Part shown: positions 57,163-64,000 of the stretch, piece by piece
Position numbering within the stretch: position 1 is the stretch's first letter
Layout of the letters: each line of letters opens with the position of its first letter
IMG/VR virus record: IMGVR_UViG_3300032289_001255
Span: 1 to 64,000 of that record
Origin: a virus
Taxonomy: Duplodnaviria; Caudoviricetes
Direction: 5' to 3' (one strand)
Length of the DNA: 64,000 nt
Program-made: the position numbers and the translations under genes
The notes under the pieces: model-generated
The model's database searches: none
Told to the model about the DNA's origin: nothing
Seen by the model: the letters and a program-made list of their open reading frames with translations, nothing else

Positions 57163-58053
57163 TTATAATTTTGTAGCCTTACCATCACATATTTTTTTGT
57201 AATGGGTACAATACTTACAATTCTTTTTACCATTACCAGGAACTTTTATATATTGATTGGTTTCATTATAATTTCCATCTGAAGTAAATCCGTAGTCTAA
57301 GAACTCAACAAATGATTTGATCGATTCTTTAATGATAGTAGGACCAGCGGCCGGTTTAAATAACTGAATTCTGCTTTGTGGGAAGCTTACATTTTCATAA
57401 AGTTTACGTTTTACGATAAAGAACTCTACTTCGATATTATTGAGTGGCACATTAAACTTTTTGCTGTATACAGATTTGTATAGATGTAACTGTGCAAGTT
57501 TACTTACATCTTCTTTCATATAACTATTCCAACCACTGCTAGATGTTTTGAAGTCAATAATACGATAATATTCTTTGTTTCGTTCTTTTAGGACGATATC
57601 GATGAAGCCTACAAACTCCACATTATTTTTGATTGGAATCTCAAGTGGAATTTCAATGCCAATTAGTTCATAGTCTTTGGTAGGAAAGTATTTTAACCTA
57701 TTTGCAGATTTACAAAATGTATCAACGATATCATTTCCGTCGAAAATAAAGTCGGTAAACTCTTCTTCTTTTACATCTTTTACCTTTTTGATTTCCTCAT
57801 TAAACTTATCTAAGAATAGCTTCTTTACATCTAATGAGTCGGCAATACCGACACCTTCCTTATATAATGCGGTAAGATATGTTTGAAATGCATGATGAAT
57901 GGCAGTTCCAAACGTAGTATTAATATTATCATCTTTAACCCGAAGATTCTTGACATAATCCAAATACCACTTTTGCGGACATTTTAGAAATGTAGAATAT
58001 TGGCTAAAACTGACTCGTTTCTTTTTTATTTCTTTAGTTTCTTCAATTGACAT
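57163..58053 (-). CDS. PD-(D/E)XK exonuclease, Cas4/RecB-like, with a Cys cluster
   Basis: 'SFSQYSTFLKCP', 'FGTAIH', 'GFIDIV', 'IIDFKTS', 'QLHLY', 'CKYC...C'. Confidence 0.85.
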   Translation of the reverse strand: MSIEETKEIKKKRVSFSQYSTFLKCPQKWYLDYVKNLRVKDDNINTTFGTAIHHAFQTYLTALYKEGVGIADSLDVKKLFLDKFNEEIKKVKDVKEEEFTDFIFDGNDIVDTFCKSANRLKYFPTKDYELIGIEIPLEIPIKNNVEFVGFIDIVLKERNKEYYRIIDFKTSSSGWNSYMKEDVSKLAQLHLYKSVYSKKFNVPLNNIEVEFFIVKRKLYENVSFPQSRIQLFKPAAGPTIIKESIKSFVEFLDYGFTSDGNYNETNQYIKVPGNGKKNCKYCTHYKKICDGKATKL

Positions 58054-58087
58054 TCTATCATCCTAATGTATAATTAATAAAAGTCAA
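58047..58087. promoter_or_regulatory. Overlapping divergent sigma70-like promoters
   Basis: Plus strand: TTGACA (58047-52), 16 nt, TATAAT (58069-74). Minus strand: TTGACT (58087-82), 16 nt, TAGGAT. Confidence 0.65.
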
Positions 58088-58110
58088 TCTATAAAAACTA
58101 TATATTGTAT

Positions 58111-58842
58111 ATGAAGAAATTTCTAACTATTCTATTGACATCATTTAATCTACACGCAAACGATCTTTATCTATATGATAAGAATAATGACGTAGAATTA
58201 ACCGAGGTAATTAATAATAAATTAAACGTATTACCTACTACTATTGGTAAAACATATACTATTACTAATAGTCTTAATATAAACACAACCAACTCTAGTG
58301 TATCATATATAATACCATATCGTATTGCAGTGTTTCAGAAAGAAAACACTTCCACATACTTTAATCAAACAAGTACTGAATATGTAAATGATTTTAAATT
58401 GCCTGAAGTGGTTAAAGTCAAAGATGCAATGTTTAACTTTACTGTAAATGGAGAGTTGTATTGTGTTAGCGAGGGTACCAATATAAATACTCTACTCACT
58501 TCACTGTGTAGTGTAGCATTTGGCCAATCTACATTCTTTGTTAAATCCAACGAAAAGTTTACTCACTTATATGTAGTTAGTGGTACAGTGACTGCATTGG
58601 ATAACAAATCAAAGAAGAAGAAGGAATTAAAATCAGGAGACTATTTGGTTGTTACTCCACAAATTGTTATGAGTGCTAGAGAAGCTAGTGTTACAAAATT
58701 GGGTAATAGTTTTAGTGTTAAAGAAGTAGAAGATGAAGAAAAAGACGTACATTCTAAGGAATTAACCACGTTAAAATTTAAGTTGGATAACACACTATTT
58801 GTAAATTACGGACAAAGCATCTTTGGGATCAAACTAAAATGA
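58111..58842 (+). CDS. Exported beta-rich protein, FecR-like C-terminal region (tentative)
   Basis: Signal-peptide-like 'MKKFLTILLTSFNLHA'; 'GQSTFFV...HLYVVSGTVTAL' resembles FecR strands. Confidence 0.5.
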   Translation: MKKFLTILLTSFNLHANDLYLYDKNNDVELTEVINNKLNVLPTTIGKTYTITNSLNINTTNSSVSYIIPYRIAVFQKENTSTYFNQTSTEYVNDFKLPEVVKVKDAMFNFTVNGELYCVSEGTNINTLLTSLCSVAFGQSTFFVKSNEKFTHLYVVSGTVTALDNKSKKKKELKSGDYLVVTPQIVMSAREASVTKLGNSFSVKEVEDEEKDVHSKELTTLKFKLDNTLFVNYGQSIFGIKLK

Positions 58843-59066
58843 AATTAGATCATCTAGAGTCTCTCACAGAAGACGAATTAGCAATGTTATGGTTCTGTAT
58901 TAATAAAATTAATCCACCTGTGTTAAGTGGCGAAGAAATTGAACCGTGTTTATTTGTTTCAATTAAACATAAACGGTTGATGGATAGAATATTACAATGT
59001 GCGCAACACGTAAAAGAAGAACATCACGCAGTTTTCACTGGACTTGTTGCTAAATTAAAGGTATAG
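58839..59066 (+). CDS. Hypothetical protein
   Basis: 75-aa ORF with ATGA coupling. Confidence 0.55.
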   Translation: MKLDHLESLTEDELAMLWFCINKINPPVLSGEEIEPCLFVSIKHKRLMDRILQCAQHVKEEHHAVFTGLVAKLKV

Positions 59067-59073
59067 TGGTTGT

Positions 59074-61737
59074 ATGTATCAAAATATATACGTAGATAAA
59101 AAAAATAATATTATTCACCTGTGGGACGACGGTAAAACCGGAAATTCTAGATACGTAACGGTTCCTTATCGTCCATATGCTTACCGAAAGCGTGAGGGTG
59201 GAATGTATCGTAGTATTTATGGAGACGAATTAGAAAAAGTCTACAAATTTAGTCCAAAAGACCCAAGTCTATTTGAAAGCGATGTTCCAGCAGAAACTCG
59301 TATCTTGATTGATGCTTATGAGGATAGTGACGAACCATCTGAAGGACATCGTGTTGTATATCTTGACATTGAGGTTAGTACCGAAGGTGGCTTTCCAAAC
59401 GTAGAAGAAGCTGATAAAGAAATTACAGCTATTGCTATTTATGATAGCTGTACATCTAAATATACAGCTTTCATTTTGGATAAAGAACAAAAGCTACAGG
59501 ACTTCGTTAAAGAAAATGTAGAAGTACGTAGTTTTACAGATGAAGACAGTCTATTGATGCACTTTCTTACCAAATGGGAAGAAATTCAACCTACTATTAG
59601 TACTGGTTGGAATAGTGATAACTTCGATATGCCATATCTGTTTCGTCGTATGAAAAATATTATTGGTCCAAACAATGCAAAACGTTTGAGTCCAATTCAA
59701 GTTGCTTATATCAATGACTGGAATAAAAAAGTTATTGTAGCTGGGGTAACTCATTTGGATTATATGACTCTTTACAAGAAGCTTAATATCAAACAAGAAG
59801 CTAGTTATGCTCTTGGAGCTATTGGTAAAAAGATCGTGGGTATGGAGAAGATTGCCTATAAAGGCAGTTTGGATGATTTGTACAAAGCTGATATCAACAA
59901 GTATATTGAATATAACTTAAACGACGTACAAATTATTGTAGCTCTAGAAAAGAAGTTACAGTTTATTGAATTGGCTAGGGCTATTTGTCACAAGGGTCAC
60001 GTTCCATATGAATGGTATGAAATGAGTTCTCGTTTCATTGAAGGTGCTATTCTTATGTATCTACGTCGTAAAGGACAGGTTGCTAAAAATAAATCATTGG
60101 ATGGTCGTGATGAATATGAAACTCAAATGGAAGACAATGAACAAGGTTTTGAAGGTGCTTATGTTAAAGCTCCTACTCCAGGTCGTTATGATTGGGTGTT
60201 TGACTTGGACCTTACATCAATGTATCCGAATATCATCATCAGTCTTAACTTATCACCTGAAACTAAAGTAGCAGTAATTAATAAGATTGAATATGATGAT
60301 TCTTATGTAGAGGATCGTACCAAAGAAATTCGTGAGGATTATGAGAATCTAGGTGATAGTGCTCAAAAGAAAACTCCATTTACTCAATATCTTGAACAAC
60401 GATTGTACGCATTTAATGCTAGATTGTTTGCTCAAGACAAGATTAGCAAGTATCATGTTGGATCTACAGTTTATACCAATGATGAATTTAAACAATTGGT
60501 TACCCAAAGCAATTTGAGTGTGGCTAGTAATGGTGTAATGTGTAAGAAAGACAAGACTGGGGTTATTCCAGAAATTCTAGTAAAGTGGTTCGATGAACGT
60601 AAAGATCTTCGTAAACTTGCTAAAAAGCATGCAGATTTAAAAGAATGGGAAAAATATGAATTTTATGATGGTCGTCAAAAAGTACAAAAAGTATTACTTA
60701 ATTCAATCTATGGTGTATTGGGGTTACCGATCTTTAGATTTTATGATAAGGATAATGCAAGCGCTGTTACCATAACTGGTCAGGATATTATCAAATCTAC
60801 TGGTAAAGCTATTAATGAGTGTTTCAAACGTTCGTTAAATGAGAAAGAAGGAGATTGGGTTATCTATACAGATACAGATAGTTGTTTTGCTAGTGCATTA
60901 CCTATCATCAAAAAGAATATGCCTGATATTGATCTAAATGATGAAAAGGCAATGACTGAGGCTATTTTGAAAGTAACTGGTGATGTACAATCATTTGTTA
61001 ATAAGTTCTATGATGTAATGGCAAAACGATACTTCAATATTGAGAAACATCGTTTTGATGCAAAACAAGAAGTTATTGCTAAAACTAGTTTCTGGTTGGC
61101 TAAAAAACGATATGCTCAGTTTATCGTCAACAAAGCTGGTATTGAGTGTGATGAAATGGAAGTAAAGGGTATTGACGTAGTTCGTACTAGTTTTCCAATT
61201 CGTTTTCGTAAGTTTATGCAAAAGTTCTTGGATGATATGTTGCGTAAACTTCCAAAAGATCAAATTGACGCAAGTATTCTTGAATTTAAAGATAAGATGT
61301 CTACTTATCCAGTTATTGAGATTGCAAAGAATACCAGTGTAAAATTTAAGAGTCAAAATGGAGATAATGATTATAATCCAAAGACTAGACATCCATTTCA
61401 GTTTATGGATGGCACTCCAGCACAAGCTAAAGCCGCTTTGGCTTATAATGATTTGTTGAAGACTTGGAAGTTAGACAAAGATGTACCTGAGATTTTCCAC
61501 GGTCAAAAGATCAAGTGGGTATATCTAAAACAAAATCAATATGGTATCGAAGGTATTGCTATGAAAGCGGATGGTACTGATCCTGATCGTATTATGGAGT
61601 TTATTGAACAATATGTAGACAGAAATGCTATGTATGAACAAGAACTTAAAGGCAAGTTGTTGGACTTTTATAATGTGTTGAATTGGAGTTATCCAAATGA
61701 GACGGATGTCAAATTGGAAGAGTTTTTTAGTTTTTAA
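59074..61737 (+). CDS. Family B DNA polymerase (T4 gp43-like)
   Basis: Exonuclease motifs 'YLDIE', 'GWNSDNFD', 'YNLNDV'; polymerase motifs 'DLDLTSMYP', 'QKVLLNSIYG', 'YTDTDS', 'KKRY'. Confidence 0.96.
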   Translation: MYQNIYVDKKNNIIHLWDDGKTGNSRYVTVPYRPYAYRKREGGMYRSIYGDELEKVYKFSPKDPSLFESDVPAETRILIDAYEDSDEPSEGHRVVYLDIEVSTEGGFPNVEEADKEITAIAIYDSCTSKYTAFILDKEQKLQDFVKENVEVRSFTDEDSLLMHFLTKWEEIQPTISTGWNSDNFDMPYLFRRMKNIIGPNNAKRLSPIQVAYINDWNKKVIVAGVTHLDYMTLYKKLNIKQEASYALGAIGKKIVGMEKIAYKGSLDDLYKADINKYIEYNLNDVQIIVALEKKLQFIELARAICHKGHVPYEWYEMSSRFIEGAILMYLRRKGQVAKNKSLDGRDEYETQMEDNEQGFEGAYVKAPTPGRYDWVFDLDLTSMYPNIIISLNLSPETKVAVINKIEYDDSYVEDRTKEIREDYENLGDSAQKKTPFTQYLEQRLYAFNARLFAQDKISKYHVGSTVYTNDEFKQLVTQSNLSVASNGVMCKKDKTGVIPEILVKWFDERKDLRKLAKKHADLKEWEKYEFYDGRQKVQKVLLNSIYGVLGLPIFRFYDKDNASAVTITGQDIIKSTGKAINECFKRSLNEKEGDWVIYTDTDSCFASALPIIKKNMPDIDLNDEKAMTEAILKVTGDVQSFVNKFYDVMAKRYFNIEKHRFDAKQEVIAKTSFWLAKKRYAQFIVNKAGIECDEMEVKGIDVVRTSFPIRFRKFMQKFLDDMLRKLPKDQIDASILEFKDKMSTYPVIEIAKNTSVKFKSQNGDNDYNPKTRHPFQFMDGTPAQAKAALAYNDLLKTWKLDKDVPEIFHGQKIKWVYLKQNQYGIEGIAMKADGTDPDRIMEFIEQYVDRNAMYEQELKGKLLDFYNVLNWSYPNETDVKLEEFFSF

Positions 61738-61744
61738 AATTGTT

Positions 61745-62152
61745 ATGAAGAAGTATAAAGATTTATTAAAAATATCCGAAGAGGGATCGTCATTAGAGTT
61801 GAAAACAAGTTATGATACAGTTATTGCTCGTAAATATGAACGTGTAGTTATTGGACAACGTGGTCCACATGTAGAATTTACGCCAAATCAAATATTGTGT
61901 GATAAATTGTTTGTTCCAAAGAATCAGTTATATAGGTTAAGTGATCCTAAAATCTATTATATTGAGTTTAGAACAAATGATAGTAGTAATGTAAAAGTAT
62001 ATTATCAAATGAGAACCGTTGCATATGCTGATTATAAAATTGGTTACTTTTATGTGTCCCCAAACGATTTGTATGTAAACGGCATTAAATGCTTGAGTTC
62101 TGTAGAAGACTTGCGTAAAGCTTCCGAAGAATTTTTCGATTTCACATTTTAA
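61745..62152 (+). CDS. Hypothetical protein
   Basis: ATG 61745 after the polB stop; 'YERVVIGQRGPHVEF...YADYKIG'; function unknown. Confidence 0.6.
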   Translation: MKKYKDLLKISEEGSSLELKTSYDTVIARKYERVVIGQRGPHVEFTPNQILCDKLFVPKNQLYRLSDPKIYYIEFRTNDSSNVKVYYQMRTVAYADYKIGYFYVSPNDLYVNGIKCLSSVEDLRKASEEFFDFTF

Positions 62153-62154
62153 AA

Positions 62155-62183
62155 TTGACAAAACATTAAACTTAGAATAAGAT
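62155..62183 (+). promoter_or_regulatory. Sigma70-like promoter for the clamp/clamp-loader genes
   Basis: TTGACA (62155-60), 17 nt, TAAGAT (62178-83). Confidence 0.7.
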
Positions 62184-62191
62184 TGTAGAGT

Positions 62192-62929
62192 ATGAAGAAA
62201 CAAACAATTAATACATTTATCGACAAATATTCACTCAACGGAACCATTGAAAGCGTAAAATGGGTTGTTGATAACGCAAACAAACAGATCAAAACCGCAT
62301 CTATCAGTGATGATAAGAACGTACTTTCATTCGTGGTTATTAAAGACAGCGCTGGTTTGAATGATGCTGAGATTGGTATCAATGATACGGCTAAACTAAA
62401 GAAACTTCTTAGTGTTTTGAATGATGAAGTAAACATCTCATTTAATACCCGTGAAGATAAGATCGTATCACTCTCGTTAACTGGTGAAAGTACTGATGTA
62501 CAGTATGTTACCGCAGATCTTAGTGTTATTCCTAAAGTACCAGAACTCAAGAAGTTGCCTCCGTTCAATCTGGAAATTCCTCTTACCAAAGAATTTGTTA
62601 CCACATTTGTAAAAGCCAAGAATGCTTTGAGTGACGTAGATACTTTGACTTTTACCAAAGATAAGAAAGACAAGATTAAATTGGTACTTGGATTCAGTAG
62701 TGTAAATAGCAATCGTATTAATATCGATTTCAAAGCTGTTGAAGGAAAAGATACATTGTCTAAGACTATTCATTTTAGTGCAAAGCATCTTAAAGAAATT
62801 TTGACCAGTAACAGTGATTGTGAAAACGCTGTATTGAAGATTAGTGATGCTGGTATTGCTCATGTTGAATTCAACAATGATACATTCAACAGCAGTTACT
62901 ACTTGGTTGAAATCAAGAACGTTGACTAA
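62192..62929 (+). CDS. DNA polymerase sliding clamp (gp45/PCNA-like)
   Basis: 245 aa, two-domain alpha/beta periodicity, between polB and the clamp loader. Confidence 0.7.
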   Translation: MKKQTINTFIDKYSLNGTIESVKWVVDNANKQIKTASISDDKNVLSFVVIKDSAGLNDAEIGINDTAKLKKLLSVLNDEVNISFNTREDKIVSLSLTGESTDVQYVTADLSVIPKVPELKKLPPFNLEIPLTKEFVTTFVKAKNALSDVDTLTFTKDKKDKIKLVLGFSSVNSNRINIDFKAVEGKDTLSKTIHFSAKHLKEILTSNSDCENAVLKISDAGIAHVEFNNDTFNSSYYLVEIKNVD

Positions 62930-62935
62930 TATTAT

Positions 62936-63892
62936 ATGAGCTTCTTTTCTGAAGAAACAGAATCGCAATCACAGTCGCACACTCTTTGGGCTGAAAAGTA
63001 TCGTCCAAATAATGTGAATGACTATATCTGTGATAGTCATTTGAGAGATATTTTGGTTGATTTTATCAATCGTAAAGATATTCCTCATTTGTTGTTTCAT
63101 GGCGGAGCTGGTACTGGAAAGACAACTCTTGCTAAGATTCTTACCAAGAACATTCCATCTGACGTAATTTATATCAATGCTAGTGATACAAACGGTATTG
63201 AAATGGTACGTACCAAGATCAAAGGATTTGCTGGATCTACTGGATTTCAAGCACTAAAGATTGTTATCTTGGACGAAGCAGACTTCTTTACTACAGAAGC
63301 TCAAGCAGCTCTTCGTAATTTGATGGAAACATATAGTCAATCTACACGATTTATTTTAACGTGTAATTATGTAGAGAAGATTATTAAACCATTGATCAGT
63401 CGTTGTCAGGTATTTGAGATTGAACCACCTACAAAGAAAGATGTAGCGGTTTATGTTCGTAATATTCTTGATAAAGAATCAATCAAATATGAATTGTCTG
63501 ATTTAAAGACTGTTCTGGATAATTTTTATCCAGATGTACGTAAGACTATTAATTATCTACAACAGAGTAGTACTAGTGGAACTTTGAAGTTGGTTAAAAC
63601 TCAGAATGCTAGTGTTGATCTAAAATCAAGCTTGGTTAATCTATTGAAAAATAGTAAGACAAATTCAAAAGCATTTAATGATATTAGACAGTTAGTTGCT
63701 GATGCTGGAACAAAAACATTTGATGAATTGTATATTGAATTGTATACTAAAGCTAGTGAGTTTGCTCCAGATAAAGAAATCTCTGTGATTATTGAAGTTG
63801 CCGAATATATGTATCAGAGTGCAATGGTTGTAGATAAAGAAATTACGTTTATGGCTTGTGTTGCCAAGTTGATAAAAACAATCGGTAAATGA
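62936..63892 (+). CDS. Clamp loader AAA+ subunit (T4 gp44 / RFC small subunit-like)
   Basis: 'WAEKYRP', 'GGAGTGKTT', 'INASD', 'ILDEAD', 'AQAALRNLME', 'SRC'. Confidence 0.93.
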   Translation: MSFFSEETESQSQSHTLWAEKYRPNNVNDYICDSHLRDILVDFINRKDIPHLLFHGGAGTGKTTLAKILTKNIPSDVIYINASDTNGIEMVRTKIKGFAGSTGFQALKIVILDEADFFTTEAQAALRNLMETYSQSTRFILTCNYVEKIIKPLISRCQVFEIEPPTKKDVAVYVRNILDKESIKYELSDLKTVLDNFYPDVRKTINYLQQSSTSGTLKLVKTQNASVDLKSSLVNLLKNSKTNSKAFNDIRQLVADAGTKTFDELYIELYTKASEFAPDKEISVIIEVAEYMYQSAMVVDKEITFMACVAKLIKTIGK

Positions 63893-64000
63893 TAAAGAAA
63901 GTATCAAGAATAGTTAGTAATAAACCAATTATTTTTCCATCCGTTGAAATAAACGAAGTTGGATCAGTCAAATATATAGGTCAAAGCGGCACTAGTGGTT
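63889..64000 (+). CDS. 5' part of a gene truncated by the window edge
   Basis: ATG 63889 overlapping the clamp-loader stop, open to the end of the window (MIKKVSRIVSNKP...). Confidence 0.5.
   Translation, partial: MIKKVSRIVSNKPIIFPSVEINEVGSVKYIGQSGTSG

Noticed and set aside
57163-58053. Cas4-like nuclease as evidence of a CRISPR-Cas system
   Set aside because: No other cas genes or array nearby; stand-alone Cas4/RecB-like exonucleases are common in phages.
28004-58053. Bacterial O-antigen/capsule locus of a host chromosome (prophage flank)
   Set aside because: Phage-type genes (dUTPase, HNH endonuclease, Cas4-like exonuclease) are interleaved, both sides are phage replication genes, and no Wzx/Wzy/ABC export genes were recognised.
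58095-58110. NrdR box as a stand-alone feature
   Set aside because: A single AT-rich match, with none seen upstream of nrdA; likely chance at this base composition.
1497-63907. Many short antisense or overlapping ORFs in the six-frame track (e.g. 1497-1694, 8930-9223, 20028-20432, 60991-61425, 62149-62733, 62477-62968)
   Set aside because: They lie opposite well-supported genes, lack recognisable motifs or ribosome-binding context, and are expected shadows of codon bias.
1-64000. CRISPR array, tRNA or rRNA genes
   Set aside because: No regularly spaced repeats, cloverleaf-like segments or rRNA-like stretches were seen; intergenic gaps are short and explained by promoters or terminators. tRNAscan/CRISPR tools were not run.

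Overview
A 64 kb segment of a large, AT-rich, tailed dsDNA phage with a T4-like replisome, probably a contractile-tailed jumbo phage. From left to right: the end of a tail/baseplate module (1-6.5 kb); a divergent family A DNA polymerase; a T4-like replication/recombination block (gp32-like SSB, RecA/UvsX, 5'-3' exonuclease, DnaB/gp41 helicase, class Ia NrdA/NrdB); accessory genes (membrane PAS protein, secreted Pro/Val-repeat protein, MoxR AAA+ with vWA partner, DUF4338-like protein, UvsE, gp62-like protein, dNMP kinase); a ~30 kb minus-strand glycan biosynthesis/decoration island of about 35 genes that also carries dUTPase; and a divergent operon with family B DNA polymerase, sliding clamp and clamp loader. 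The most unusual observations are three split genes. The 5'-3' exonuclease has its first catalytic DG motif separated from the rest by a 5-nt TAGTG insert. A GT-A glycosyltransferase is split in two by an intron-less HNH homing endonuclease. A GT-B glycosyltransferase is divided into two translationally coupled genes. Also notable are the steric-gate-substituted PolA, a PRK/aldolase/phosphatase/nucleotidyltransferase sugar-activation subcluster, and a recurring TATTTATA start-proximal motif. No CRISPR array, tRNA or rRNA was seen. All family assignments come from motif recognition by eye; no searches were run.
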